Both the position numbers and the translations under genes were made by a program. DNA of 64,000 nt, from positions 124,001 to 188,000 of IMG/VR virus record IMGVR_UViG_3300046092_000062. One strand, 5' to 3'. The notes below the pieces were generated by a model, which was not told where the DNA came from, did no database searches, and was given only the letters and a program-made list of their open reading frames with translations. Each line of letters opens with the position of its first letter. Position 1 is the first letter of the stretch. Shown piece by piece: positions 1-10,527 of this stretch.

Positions 1-259
1 GCAAACTAACAAGCCCAAGAAACGTGAGTGGATTGATGATTACTTTATTCAGCTAGCAGCATACGCCGCAGCACACAATCACACTCACGGCACAGAAATC
101 AACACTGGCGTTATTTTAATGGCTCAACAGCCAACTACATTGCCCAATGGCGAACTAGACAAGCCGGTTTATACCGAATATGTAATCGAAGGCGATGAGT
201 TTGCACATTGGGACAAAGAGTGGATGAAACGTGTAGAGATGTATTACCTGTCTAGCTAA
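1..259 (+). CDS. C-terminal part of a Cas4-like/PD-(D/E)XK phage exonuclease (5' truncated)
   Basis: Frame from nt 2 reads QTNKPKKREWIDDYFIQLAAYAAAHN...YYLSS* (stop 257-259); QLxxY motif of RecB/Cas4-like nucleases. Confidence 0.7.
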   Translation, partial: QTNKPKKREWIDDYFIQLAAYAAAHNHTHGTEINTGVILMAQQPTTLPNGELDKPVYTEYVIEGDEFAHWDKEWMKRVEMYYLSS

Positions 260-286
260 ATACACAATAGTTAGAGGATTAGCACA

Positions 287-1858
287 ATGGCTGTCGTACA
301 GATTTCACGCATTCAGGCACGTAGAGGCCTACAACAAGATTTACCAGCACTAGCAAGCGCAGAGTTTGCATGGAGTGTTGATACACGTAAGTTATACATC
401 GGTAACGGCACGTTAGCCGAAGGCGCCCCTACTGAAGGGGCAACGGAGATTTTAACTCAGTATACCGACTTTGCAGCAGTATTAAAGAATTACACGTTTA
501 AAGGCAATGCTGGCGGATATACTGCACAGACTACTACAAGCCCGCTAAATCCTATCGTACGAACAATTCAAGACAAACTTGACGATATTGTTAGTATCAA
601 AGACTTTGGCGCAGTAGGCGATGGCGTAGCAGACGACACCGCAGCAATTAATCGTGCAATCCAACAAATTTACTTGACTACACGATTGACAAATTATCCT
701 CAAGTGCGTAGAACAATCTTCTTCCCTGCAGGTACCTACAACGTAACTGGAGAAACTATTTTAATTCCGCCATATGCTCGTTTAATCGGGGACGGAATCG
801 AAAGTACAATCATTAAACAAACAGACGGTACACAAACTTCCTTATTCCAGTTTACTGATAGCATGTACCAGACTGGCGCATCGCTAGGACAAAACAGTGC
901 AACCCTGCCTGGTTACATCACAATCGAAAACATGACATTAGCAACAACTAGTGATCGTGATGTTGTTGCCATTGACAGCGCAGAACATGTGACATTCTTT
1001 GGCGTTGAGTTCTTGGGTAGCCTAAGCAGTCCGACTACTGCTGGTAGTCAAGCATACGCAGGCGTAAAAATCAATTCCTTTGCAGCGACTACTAAGAATA
1101 TCAATTTTTGGTCGTGCAAATTTAAGAACACACGTTACGCAGCATTAAGCGATGACGCTAGCAGCGACGTGAGAATGAACGGGTGTTTATTTGTTGGCTT
1201 GTACAAAGGTCTAAAGCTAGGCCAGAACAGTGCAAGCGTTGCAACCACTCCAAGCAACTACAAAATTCTAAACAGCATTTTTGCCAGTGTTGCAAACAAT
1301 GCAATTGACTGCTATGCAAACGTCACTGGCGTACTAAGCAGCGGCAATCACTTCCTTGACGTCGGTAACAACTTTGCAGGTTCCGGATCTCCTGTGGCAT
1401 CAATTATTTCGTTTGTGGCAAACGGTAACACCAGTGCCAACGATATGTTTGATCGCCCCGATGCTGACAACGTAACAGTTCCTCGATTGAGTTTTAACAA
1501 TGCTAAAAACATTGCAATTCAGGCCAACGTTGGTCTAACAGTTGGTACATATACTATCGGCACTAGCGGATATGCAGTACTAGCAGACAATACACCAGCC
1601 TTTACACAATCAAACATTAACTTAGTCAACGGGTGTACACTAACATACTCAATGACTAGAGGTACAGGTAAGCGTTTTGGTACGTTATTCTTTTCAAACG
1701 ATGGCACCACTGGAGCAAACTTCATTGAGACTGCAACACAAACTGGTTCAAACATTGGAGTTACTATCAGTGCAAGTAACGCTAACGTAATCACATATAC
1801 AACAACTTCTACTGGCTCACCTGCCATCGTTAAATACAACATCAACTACTTCAGTTAA
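287..1858 (+). CDS. virion fibre/spike protein with pectate-lyase-3-like beta-helix
   Basis: VSIKDFGAVGDGVADDTAAI motif; N-terminal IQARRG...EFAWSVDTRKLYIG fibre-type segment; TAAATA late promoter upstream. Confidence 0.75.
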   Translation: MAVVQISRIQARRGLQQDLPALASAEFAWSVDTRKLYIGNGTLAEGAPTEGATEILTQYTDFAAVLKNYTFKGNAGGYTAQTTTSPLNPIVRTIQDKLDDIVSIKDFGAVGDGVADDTAAINRAIQQIYLTTRLTNYPQVRRTIFFPAGTYNVTGETILIPPYARLIGDGIESTIIKQTDGTQTSLFQFTDSMYQTGASLGQNSATLPGYITIENMTLATTSDRDVVAIDSAEHVTFFGVEFLGSLSSPTTAGSQAYAGVKINSFAATTKNINFWSCKFKNTRYAALSDDASSDVRMNGCLFVGLYKGLKLGQNSASVATTPSNYKILNSIFASVANNAIDCYANVTGVLSSGNHFLDVGNNFAGSGSPVASIISFVANGNTSANDMFDRPDADNVTVPRLSFNNAKNIAIQANVGLTVGTYTIGTSGYAVLADNTPAFTQSNINLVNGCTLTYSMTRGTGKRFGTLFFSNDGTTGANFIETATQTGSNIGVTISASNANVITYTTTSTGSPAIVKYNINYFS

Positions 1859-1861
1859 TTT

Positions 1862-2299
1862 ATGTTCAAACTACAAGCTAGCGAGAGATTAACTCGCTGG
1901 CGTGAATTTCGAAAATCTCTGGATCACCTACCACTAGACAAAGCATTAGCCGAGGTTAATGACTTCTGGTCAGCATGTCCTTTCTCTCCTTACTACCTAG
2001 ATCCAGCCAAGCCTGACGAATGGCCAGATCCGTGGACCATGATCACCGAAAACTACTACTGCGATATTGCAAAAGCATTGGGTATGTTGTATACTATTAA
2101 GTACACCGCGCACAACCCCGACGTTGAGCTACGCATGTATGTCGATCCAGAAACAAAGTACGGTTATAATTTAGTCTGGATTGAGCAGGGGAAATATGTT
2201 ATTAATTTGGTCACTGATGAGATCGTAAATAAAGAACAGGTTGAAAATACATTAAAGTTGAAAGCTACGTTTAGCGATCAACTGCATTTGAATAGATAA
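1862..2299 (+). CDS. hypothetical phage protein
   Basis: 145-aa ORF tightly packed between neighbours. Confidence 0.7.
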   Translation: MFKLQASERLTRWREFRKSLDHLPLDKALAEVNDFWSACPFSPYYLDPAKPDEWPDPWTMITENYYCDIAKALGMLYTIKYTAHNPDVELRMYVDPETKYGYNLVWIEQGKYVINLVTDEIVNKEQVENTLKLKATFSDQLHLNR

Positions 2300-2311
2300 T
2301 AAGAGGAATCA

Positions 2312-4612
2312 ATGAGTCAAATAAACGTCACGAAGAGAGACGGCCGTAAAGAGCCACTAAATTTAGAGAAGCTACACAAAGTTGTTTTTTGGGCAACCGA
2401 AGGAATTACAGGAGTTAGTGCAAGCGAAGTAGAAATCAATAGTCATGTACAATTCTACAACGGCATCAAGAGTACAGACATTCAAGAAACGCTTATCAAA
2501 AGCGCAGCAGACTTAATTAGCGAAGAATCACCAAATTACCAATATGTAGCAGGACGCTTGCTTACATATCATATCCATAAGTTAGTTTATGGAGACTTTA
2601 AGCCATGGCCATTGCTACAGTTAGTTAAACGTAACACTGACATCGGCTACTACACAAAAGAATTGTTAGAAAACTATAGCGAAGACGAGATCAATCAAAT
2701 GGACTCGTATATCAAACACGAACGTGATGAAACATTCACCTACGTGGCTATGGAACAATGGCGCGGTAAGTACCTAGTACAAAACCGTGTCACTGGCGAA
2801 ATCTTTGAAACACCACAAATTGCATACATGTTGATTGCTGCCACATTGTTTATGGCCTATCCAAAAGAAACACGTATGCAATGGATTAAGGACTACTATG
2901 ATGCTATCTCTAATTTTGATATCAGTTTGCCTACCCCTATTATGGCCGGTTTACGCACTCCACAGAAGCAGTTCAGCTCGTGCGTTCTTATCGAGTCTGG
3001 CGATAGTCTCGATAGTATCAACGCTACTTCTAGCAGCATTGTTAAGTATGTCTCACAAAAGGCAGGTATTGGAATTGGTGCTGGACGTATCCGTGCGCTT
3101 GGAAGCCCTATTCGCAATGGTGACGCATATCATACAGGCATCACACCTTTCTTAAAGCACTTTCAAACAGCCACTCGCTCATGCAGTCAAGGTGGCGTGC
3201 GTAACGGCGCAGCAACTATCTATTACCCATTGTGGCACCTAGAAGTTGAAGATATGCTTGTTTTGAAGAACAACAAAGGCACAGAGGATAACAGAGTACG
3301 CCAGATGGATTACGGCGTCCAATTCAACAAATTAATGTACGAAAGACTTATTCAAGGTGGCAATATCACCTTGTTTAGCCCCCACGACTTGCCGGAAATG
3401 TACGATGCTTTCTTTAACAACCAAGAGTTGTTTAAAGAGCTGTATGAGAAGGCAGAACGCAATACCAAGATCCGCAAGAAGACTATTCCTGCTGCGGAGT
3501 TGTTTGGTAAGTTCATGCAAGAGCGCAAGGACACTGGTCGTATCTATTTGATGAACGTGGACCATGCTAACACGCATAGCCCATTCAAAGAAGAGTTGCA
3601 CCCTGTTAAGATGAGTAACTTGTGTACTGAGATTAACTTGCCAACTGTGCCATTGATGGACATTAACGACGAAGCAGGTCGTATTGCATTGTGTACTCTT
3701 TCTGCACAGAACTGGGGTAACGTTAGAAAGCCACAAGACTTTGAACGCATGTGTACTCTAAGCGTTCGTGGCCTAGACGCATTGTTAAGCTACCAGAACT
3801 ATCCAGTTAAGGCTGCTGAGATTGCAACTAAAGAATTCCGCCCATTGGGTAACGGTATTATTAACTTTGCCTACTTCTTGGCCAAGCATGATGTATCCTA
3901 TAGCGATCCACGTGCATTGGCACTAGTTGACGAGTACGCAGAAGCATGGTCATACTACTTGATTAAAGCAAGTGCAGACTTGGCTCGAGAACAAGGTGCA
4001 TGTGAGAAGTGGGACGAGTTGAAGTATGCCGACGGTATCCTCCCAATGGACACACGCAAGAAAGAAGTTGACGAACTAGTTGAACATCAAGAGCGTATGC
4101 CTTGGCGTGCTCTACGTGAACAGATTCTAACTACAGGTATCCGCAACGCTACACTAATGGCCTTGATGCCAGCGGAAACTAGCGCACAGATCTCTAATGC
4201 CACTAACGGCATTGAACCACCAAGAAACTATGTTTCTATTAAGCAAAGCAAACACGGAGTACTAAAGCAGGTTGTACCTGAATTCCGCAAACTAAAGAAC
4301 AAATACGAATTGTTATGGGACCAACGTAGCCCAGAAGGCTACCTAAAACTATGTGCAGTATTACAAAAATGGATTGACCAGGGTATTAGCATCAACACTT
4401 CGTACAACCCTAAGTTCTACGAAGATGAAAAGATCCCTATGAGTGAGATGCTCAAGCACTTGCTAATGTGCTACAAATACGGAACTAAACAACTTTACTA
4501 CTTCAACACAAACGATGGACAAGGCGAGATTGATGTCGACAAGCTGGGCGCTACAACGCAATTACCAGAAGGTGACATGGGTCAAGAAGACTGCGATAGC
4601 TGTGTAATTTAA
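2312..4612 (+). CDS. nrdA: ribonucleotide reductase class Ia alpha subunit
   Basis: ATP-cone (VTKRDG), SSC, SNLCTEI catalytic motif, MPAETS, C-terminal CDSC. Confidence 0.98.
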   Translation: MSQINVTKRDGRKEPLNLEKLHKVVFWATEGITGVSASEVEINSHVQFYNGIKSTDIQETLIKSAADLISEESPNYQYVAGRLLTYHIHKLVYGDFKPWPLLQLVKRNTDIGYYTKELLENYSEDEINQMDSYIKHERDETFTYVAMEQWRGKYLVQNRVTGEIFETPQIAYMLIAATLFMAYPKETRMQWIKDYYDAISNFDISLPTPIMAGLRTPQKQFSSCVLIESGDSLDSINATSSSIVKYVSQKAGIGIGAGRIRALGSPIRNGDAYHTGITPFLKHFQTATRSCSQGGVRNGAATIYYPLWHLEVEDMLVLKNNKGTEDNRVRQMDYGVQFNKLMYERLIQGGNITLFSPHDLPEMYDAFFNNQELFKELYEKAERNTKIRKKTIPAAELFGKFMQERKDTGRIYLMNVDHANTHSPFKEELHPVKMSNLCTEINLPTVPLMDINDEAGRIALCTLSAQNWGNVRKPQDFERMCTLSVRGLDALLSYQNYPVKAAEIATKEFRPLGNGIINFAYFLAKHDVSYSDPRALALVDEYAEAWSYYLIKASADLAREQGACEKWDELKYADGILPMDTRKKEVDELVEHQERMPWRALREQILTTGIRNATLMALMPAETSAQISNATNGIEPPRNYVSIKQSKHGVLKQVVPEFRKLKNKYELLWDQRSPEGYLKLCAVLQKWIDQGISINTSYNPKFYEDEKIPMSEMLKHLLMCYKYGTKQLYYFNTNDGQGEIDVDKLGATTQLPEGDMGQEDCDSCVI

Positions 4613-4621
4613 GGAAACAAC

Positions 4622-5752
4622 ATGAGCGTTTTTAACATCAACAACAAAAAGAAGCATACCGAAGCACTCATGTTCCTGGACCCAAGTGGTCCAGTGACAG
4701 TGCAACGTTACGAAACACTAAAGTATAGACAATTTGACAAACTAACTGATAAGCAGTTGGGATTCTTTTGGCGACCTGAAGAAATTGACATCGTTCGCGA
4801 TAGCAAAGACTTCAAGGAACTAACAGAGTTTGAACAGCATATCTTTACTAGTAACCTAAAGCGACAAATCTTATTAGACAGTGTGCAAGGACGTAGCCCA
4901 ACGCTGGCGTTCTTGCCATTGGTATCTATTCCCGAATTGGAAACTTGGATTACCACATGGGCGTTTAACGAGACTGTTCACAGTCGTAGTTACACTCACA
5001 TTATTCGCAATATCTATAGCAACCCTAGCGAGATCTTTGATGGCCTAATGGACATTGAACCTATCGTTAATTGTGCTAAGGATATCTCTAAGTACTATGA
5101 TGACCTCATTGAGTACGGTGGCTTCTACAATTTGCTAGGTGCTGGTGTACACACCATTAACGGCAACGAATTTGAAGTTAACCTGTACGAACTAAAGAAG
5201 AAGCTGTGGCTTGCTATCAACAGTGTTAACGCACTAGAAGGCATTCGCTTCTACGTTAGCTTTGCTTGCTCGTGGGCGTTTGCAGAACTAAAGAAGATGG
5301 AAGGCAATGCCAAGAACATCAAACTTATCTGCCGCGACGAGAACGTACACCTTGGCTCAACACAGACCTTGTTGAAGTTGCTACCACAAGATGATCCTGA
5401 CTTTATTAAGATCAAAGAAGAGACACGCGAAGAATGTACTCGCATGTTCTTGAGCGCAGCACAACAAGAAAAGACTTGGGCTGAGTATTTGTTTAAAGAC
5501 GGATCCATGATTGGTCTAAACACTCAATTGCTTTGCCAATACGTGGACTGGTTGACTTGCAAGCGCATGACTGCCATCGGTCTAGACTGCGGCATCGCAA
5601 AGCCTAGTTCTAACCCATTGCCTTGGACTGCTAAGTGGATTGCTGGTGCCGACGTACAAGTTGCGCCACAAGAAACTGAGATTTCATCTTACGTGGTTGG
5701 TGGTACAAAACAAGACGTTGACTCAAATACTTTTAGCGGCTTCAGTCTCTAA
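4622..5752 (+). CDS. nrdB: ribonucleotide reductase class Ia beta subunit
   Basis: FFWRPEE, ETVHSRSY, LEGIRFY, DENVH diiron motifs; VAPQETEISSY tail. Confidence 0.98.
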   Translation: MSVFNINNKKKHTEALMFLDPSGPVTVQRYETLKYRQFDKLTDKQLGFFWRPEEIDIVRDSKDFKELTEFEQHIFTSNLKRQILLDSVQGRSPTLAFLPLVSIPELETWITTWAFNETVHSRSYTHIIRNIYSNPSEIFDGLMDIEPIVNCAKDISKYYDDLIEYGGFYNLLGAGVHTINGNEFEVNLYELKKKLWLAINSVNALEGIRFYVSFACSWAFAELKKMEGNAKNIKLICRDENVHLGSTQTLLKLLPQDDPDFIKIKEETREECTRMFLSAAQQEKTWAEYLFKDGSMIGLNTQLLCQYVDWLTCKRMTAIGLDCGIAKPSSNPLPWTAKWIAGADVQVAPQETEISSYVVGGTKQDVDSNTFSGFSL

Positions 5753-5777
5753 GATAATTATAATAAAAGAGGAAACT

Positions 5778-6020
5778 ATGTTAACAATTTATTCAAAAAG
5801 CAACTGCCCTTTCTGTGATCGTGCTAAGGCACTAATCGAAAGTAAGGGCATTGAGTACAAAACCATCAGCATCGAAGAAGATCAGGACGCACGCCAACAC
5901 CTACTAGACATGGGACTACGCAGCGTACCACAAATTTTTTCAGGCACAACTATTATTCCTGGCGGCTATCAAGGCATCGCAGGTAAAGACGAAGAGTTCT
6001 GGACAACATTAAAAGGATAA
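5778..6020 (+). CDS. glutaredoxin
   Basis: CPFC and SVPQIF motifs; ATG 5778 after GAGGA. Confidence 0.92.
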   Translation: MLTIYSKSNCPFCDRAKALIESKGIEYKTISIEEDQDARQHLLDMGLRSVPQIFSGTTIIPGGYQGIAGKDEEFWTTLKG

Positions 6021-6021
6021 C

Positions 6022-6333
6022 ATGCTAGTAAGTCAACAATACGCATCAGGTGATGTAGTGAGTTTCAAAATGGTCAACGGCGATGAAGTTGTTGCCAAGG
6101 TGTTAGAAGTAACAGACGAGGGCTGGAAAGTAGCTAGTCCTTGCACAGTTATGCCAAGCCAACAAGGCCTTGGTCTAATGCAGAGTTTGTTCAGTGCTAA
6201 AGAAGACTGCAAAGTTTTCATCAGTAAGCAACACGTTATGTTCCATGCTGAGTCATTGGAACAAATGCGAGTGCATTATGTTAAGACCACAACTGGTGTT
6301 GACGTAATTGCCAAACCTGGAATCATTATCTAA
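6022..6333 (+). CDS. conserved phage protein (possibly Sm-like fold)
   Basis: 103-aa beta-rich ORF, KMVNGDEVVAK. Confidence 0.55.
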   Translation: MLVSQQYASGDVVSFKMVNGDEVVAKVLEVTDEGWKVASPCTVMPSQQGLGLMQSLFSAKEDCKVFISKQHVMFHAESLEQMRVHYVKTTTGVDVIAKPGIII

Positions 6334-6620
6334 TGCCAGCAGCAGCACGCCTAAATGATGCAGACACTAGCGACGGACAAATTTGTGGCGACGTTAGTAC
6401 TGATGTTATTATCAACGGGCAAGGTGCTGCACTAGAGGGGAGCCTAGACAGCAGTCATGCTCCTTACGGCGCCCCTCATCCCCCACATGAAGCCGCGACG
6501 GTTACTACCGCTAGCAGCACAGTAATTGCCAATGGCAAAGGTATAGCCTTTGTTGGCAGTGATCTCAGCTGTGGCCATGCTATTGCAGCAGGTAGTCCTG
6601 ACGTGGAAATTGGGTCATAA
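6333..6620 (+). CDS. PAAR-motif baseplate spike tip protein (T4 gp5.4-like)
   Basis: Starts MPAAARLND; CGH motif; GSPDV end. Confidence 0.88.
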   Translation: MPAAARLNDADTSDGQICGDVSTDVIINGQGAALEGSLDSSHAPYGAPHPPHEAATVTTASSTVIANGKGIAFVGSDLSCGHAIAAGSPDVEIGS

Positions 6621-6641
6621 GTATTATAATAGGATACTTTT

Positions 6642-8222
6642 ATGAGTGGAATTAGTCCAACAATGATGATCGCCGCTACTGGTTTTACTAACAACCAGGG
6701 GCTAGGCGTAAGTAGTGCAATGCTAACAGCATTAACCAATTTTGATAACAGCCCAGTGGTCACACTGTACACTGGTGTTATTTCTGCATTGGATGGTGCA
6801 AACGTTGCATTACCAACTATGCCAAATTACTTCACAGGTTTGTCTGGTGGTGAAACTGGCACGAGCATTACTAACAGCATTAGAACTGCGGCAACAGCAA
6901 TTGCTCCAAATACACAAAAGTTTATCAGCAACTTCAACAGTGCTAGCACCTTTGCACAAACCAGCTTTACTTGGTCTGGTGCATTAACTGGCGCAGCATC
7001 TGCGAGCTTTGACAGTTTTGGTCTTGGCATTTCTAATTTTAGTCAGATGGTGTCCGGCGGTGTTGGTACCATTATGGCAGGCGCCAATGGCGCGACAGCA
7101 GACTTCACAGCACTGTCGAGTACTATAACTAAATTTGGATCTGCATTTGATTCTAGTGATCCGCAAAAGATGTTTGACCCAGCTGGCTTTGTGAGGAACC
7201 TGCAAAAGCAAGGTCTCGGTGACGTAGGCGGACTAGAGGACAAGCTGTCTGAGGCTGGACTTGACCCAACTAATTTGGATTCTGCAAATCCCGAAGTCAT
7301 TAAACAGGTGCTAGAAACAATCACAGGATTAGACGTAGCAAAGATCATTAGTCAAACAAAAATGATCTTGCCGGCTAACACTATGATATCTTCAGCAGCT
7401 GATCTTCTCAATGCTAAAAAGATTGTGAGTCCCAGTGAGTTGTCTGCTCTACCAGGCGGTAGTTTGGATGGGCTCGGTAACGCACTATCTAACATGGGCG
7501 GCAAGTTTAAAACAGCAGCAGCAATGGCAGCAAGTTTAGCAGCAACTAAAATTCCATCCCTTAAACACCTAGACGCATTGAGTTCTCCTATGCCGGCTAG
7601 CATTTCATCTGCACTATCTAGCAAGCTAGGCGCAGGTGGAGGACCATTTGGTAACCCCACTATTAATGATATTATTGGCACTGCCGCAGGATACAAACAT
7701 ACCGAAGGCTTTACCACTATAGTGGCCGCACATACTGCGATTCTACAAACCAGTGAAGGACAGTCACTGGAGTCTGCGGCAAATGACTTAATTGCAGATC
7801 CGTCAAACCCATCTACATTAAGTGCATTCGTTTCCGCGCAGGCAGCAGTAACTGGTGCAACTAACCCAACGCTAGCTAAATTGATCAGTGACAGCAGTGC
7901 TGCCATTACTGCAAGTCAGACTCAATTAACCACCGAAGCTACAAATCAAACCAAAGCAGGCTTTGTTCCAAGTGCAGCCACTGTTCCGGCAGCGCCAGCA
8001 CTGCTAGGACTTGCAAACAAGTTGCATGACTTGGGTCTCGATAAACAACAAGTAGGATACAACTTCCTATTCAGCAGCATGGCCACTGACGACCAGTACG
8101 GCGATGCAATCAAGGCAGCACTGTCAGAAGGGCAAAACATTGCCAAATCTGCAGCCGCTGGCATTGCTAACACAACCAAAATTGACCCAATGGATGTGCT
8201 GGCAAAGATCCAAAAGGGGTAA
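6642..8222 (+). CDS. Ala/Ser/Gly-rich probable virion (baseplate/tail) protein
   Basis: 526 aa, follows PAAR gene, structural-type composition. Confidence 0.55.
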   Translation: MSGISPTMMIAATGFTNNQGLGVSSAMLTALTNFDNSPVVTLYTGVISALDGANVALPTMPNYFTGLSGGETGTSITNSIRTAATAIAPNTQKFISNFNSASTFAQTSFTWSGALTGAASASFDSFGLGISNFSQMVSGGVGTIMAGANGATADFTALSSTITKFGSAFDSSDPQKMFDPAGFVRNLQKQGLGDVGGLEDKLSEAGLDPTNLDSANPEVIKQVLETITGLDVAKIISQTKMILPANTMISSAADLLNAKKIVSPSELSALPGGSLDGLGNALSNMGGKFKTAAAMAASLAATKIPSLKHLDALSSPMPASISSALSSKLGAGGGPFGNPTINDIIGTAAGYKHTEGFTTIVAAHTAILQTSEGQSLESAANDLIADPSNPSTLSAFVSAQAAVTGATNPTLAKLISDSSAAITASQTQLTTEATNQTKAGFVPSAATVPAAPALLGLANKLHDLGLDKQQVGYNFLFSSMATDDQYGDAIKAALSEGQNIAKSAAAGIANTTKIDPMDVLAKIQKG

Positions 8223-8352
8223 GTTAACTTACCATATTACTCGCTTTTCAGCGAACTAATTGCTATAATAGTATCAGTTATTGAGTTATAGCAGTTGTTT
8301 ACTTTGATCCTATAGGGTTATATAAACAACAGACAGAAACAAAGGAGAAAGT

Positions 8353-8928
8353 ATGACACTTAAAACGTCAAACAGCAAACAAGATTCTTGGATTGCTCTT
8401 TCTAGAAATGTTGTCCAATTTCTAGCACTAGTTGCAGTTGTATTCCTGGTATGGAATGTAACCACAGCAAAATTTAACACCCTACGCGAAGGTAGCGAAG
8501 CATACAGACAGGGTTTTGTGAGCGCAGCAGATCGTTCCCAACAATTAGAATGCCTAACACGCAATATCTATCATGAGGCTGCAACTGAGCCATTTGAGGG
8601 CAAAGTAGCAGTAGCACAAGTAACCATGAACCGTGTAGACAATGGCCGTTTTGGTCACGGCGTATGCGGAGTAGTTTATCAAAAGAATGTAATTTACGAA
8701 AAGGTCATTTGTCAATTTAGCTGGGCTTGTATTCCGGGCGTAGGTAAGAAAGTAATCTATCCAGCGTTGTATAAAGAAAGCGAAGAAGTAGCCAAAAAGG
8801 TTCTATTGGAAAACTTCCGTTTGCCGGGCATGAAAGACGCAATGTACTACCATGCAGATTATGTCAACCCAAAGTGGGGTAAACCGAAAATCACACAAAT
8901 CGGCCACCACATTTTCTACAAGGACTAA
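8353..8928 (+). CDS. SleB-like cell wall hydrolase (Hydrolase_2) with N-terminal TM anchor
   Basis: CLTRNIYHEA, VAQVTMNRV, CQFSW, YYHADYVNPKW, IGHHIFY. Confidence 0.92.
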   Translation: MTLKTSNSKQDSWIALSRNVVQFLALVAVVFLVWNVTTAKFNTLREGSEAYRQGFVSAADRSQQLECLTRNIYHEAATEPFEGKVAVAQVTMNRVDNGRFGHGVCGVVYQKNVIYEKVICQFSWACIPGVGKKVIYPALYKESEEVAKKVLLENFRLPGMKDAMYYHADYVNPKWGKPKITQIGHHIFYKD

Positions 8929-8929
8929 A

Positions 8930-9247
8930 ATGAAAAAATTCGACATCAATGCAATTAAAGCATCCGTTGTGAGTTACTTTGAAAATCACTTTCATAAGAT
9001 TTCAGCAGACAGCTTAGAGTGGTTGGCAATCATCATTATCCATTGTGCCACTATCCCTACCTTGCTAGCAATGGTAACAGCATTAAGTGATCGGGCTCCT
9101 AGCCTTGATGTGGTATTGTTTGCATGGGGCGGTCTAGTGTTATTGTTCTTCCGTGCCATCTTACTGAAGAACAGTTTAAACATCATCACAAACGGCATGG
9201 GCTTTATCACCCAGGCAGTAATTATGGCATTTATTCTTTTTAAATAA
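8930..9247 (+). CDS. small 3-TM membrane protein (SemiSWEET/PQ-loop-like)
   Basis: Three hydrophobic helices; Pro after TM1, Asn in TM3. Confidence 0.55.
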   Translation: MKKFDINAIKASVVSYFENHFHKISADSLEWLAIIIIHCATIPTLLAMVTALSDRAPSLDVVLFAWGGLVLLFFRAILLKNSLNIITNGMGFITQAVIMAFILFK

Positions 9248-9248
9248 T

Positions 9249-9461
9249 ATGAGCGATATCGAAGACGACGAAATTGATGTAGTTGATGCAGACATAGCAG
9301 ATGATGATTATGTTTTTATTATCGGCCCAGACGGGAATCTAAAGCAGATACTTTTGCCAGACGAAGTTCCGTTTGAGCTGCCGGAAAACATTAACAAAGT
9401 GCTAGCAGTATTCAATGTCAATGACGTTGAGAGTTTAGTAGTTAGTCCAACAATCCATTGA
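9249..9461 (+). CDS. acidic hypothetical protein
   Basis: 70-aa ORF abutting previous gene. Confidence 0.65.
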   Translation: MSDIEDDEIDVVDADIADDDYVFIIGPDGNLKQILLPDEVPFELPENINKVLAVFNVNDVESLVVSPTIH

Positions 9462-9503
9462 CCCATAATGGGATTGGTGTTACAATAGTTCAAAGGAAGC
9501 AAA

Positions 9504-9692
9504 ATGAACGCTCGAGATTACACACAAAAACAACGTGATCAAATTCATTATCTGCAAAATGCAGTTTGGGACTTGGAAAAAGCCCGGGAAAACTTGGTTA
9601 AGGCAAATGGTAGTACTTCGGTATTACAAGCAGTTGATGTTGCTTTGGAAAAGGCCAACTCTGAGCTAAATGACGCTTCTACGCTGATGTAA
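9504..9692 (+). CDS. hypothetical protein
   Basis: AAGGA RBS; TTGACC-17-TACAAT promoter upstream. Confidence 0.65.
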   Translation: MNARDYTQKQRDQIHYLQNAVWDLEKARENLVKANGSTSVLQAVDVALEKANSELNDASTLM

Positions 9693-9721
9693 AAGTAGTA
9701 CTCAAGTACTAGAAATTTCGG

Positions 9722-9750
9722 TTGACCTGAAATGGTTTTCTTGCTATAAT
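9722..9750 (+). promoter_or_regulatory. sigma70-type early promoter (TTGACC-N17-TATAAT)
   Basis: Member of a repeated promoter family, consensus GGTTGACCCGAAATGG-N8-TATAAT. Confidence 0.85.
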
Positions 9751-9756
9751 ACATAC

Positions 9757-10083
9757 ATGCAGAAAACAACAGTTACCCGTAAACGCAGACAAGATACTAA
9801 ACATGCTGTCTATATGTTAGTAAACACTAACACAAATGAAAGCTACATTGGTATTACTGTTTGCGGTAACCAAGTTCGCAAAGCCCTTAAAGTTCGTTTC
9901 CAAAAGCATGTGCGCCGCGCACTGACTGAAGACAAATCTTGGGCATTGTGCGAAAGCATTCGTGAACACGGTGCAGAAGCGTTTGCAGTGTTGTTGGTTG
10001 ATGTTGTGCGTGGTCGCAAGCCAGCACACAGCGTTGAGCGTGAATTGATTAACGGTAACAAGCCCGCACTGAACACTCACTAA
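9757..10083 (+). CDS. stand-alone GIY-YIG nuclease domain protein
   Basis: AVYMLVN...SYIGIT, R..KH, terminal ERELI...LN. Confidence 0.75.
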   Translation: MQKTTVTRKRRQDTKHAVYMLVNTNTNESYIGITVCGNQVRKALKVRFQKHVRRALTEDKSWALCESIREHGAEAFAVLLVDVVRGRKPAHSVERELINGNKPALNTH

Positions 10084-10092
10084 GGAGTTAAC

Positions 10093-10290
10093 ATGATGGT
10101 TATGGTAGCAAAAATGAAGGACAAGATTGTTCAAATTGTGCGCTATGCTGACACAGTTGGCTTCAGCGACGAGCGCGGCTGGTTCTGTATCTGCTTTGAC
10201 TTTGACAAGCAAAACAGACGCCGTGAACAAATCAAGTGGATCCCAGCAGACACTCGCTTTGAGTGGGTGCGTGAGTACATCGGGGAATAA
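10093..10290 (+). CDS. hypothetical protein
   Basis: AAGGAG RBS, 65 aa. Confidence 0.65.
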   Translation: MMVMVAKMKDKIVQIVRYADTVGFSDERGWFCICFDFDKQNRRREQIKWIPADTRFEWVREYIGE

Positions 10291-10291
10291 C

Positions 10292-10507
10292 ATGGCCTAT
10301 GCAACTTGTACCAATTGTGGTTACACAGAAAAATCTCTAGACTCTAAACGGAGCTTCTGGAGTCTACGTGGCTACTACAATATCAGCGGTTACTTCTGCG
10401 GACCATGCTATGACAAAGTGTCACACAACAGTTATGGCAATCCTGAGCAGCCCGGCGAGTACATTGCTATCCTGCTTAAACAAACTGCACAGTTGACAAC
10501 TAACTAA
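10292..10507 (+). CDS. small Zn-finger protein
   Basis: CTNC...CGPC pairs; ATG 10292. Confidence 0.6.
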   Translation: MAYATCTNCGYTEKSLDSKRSFWSLRGYYNISGYFCGPCYDKVSHNSYGNPEQPGEYIAILLKQTAQLTTN

Positions 10508-10527
10508 AAATCAAATAAAATACAAAT

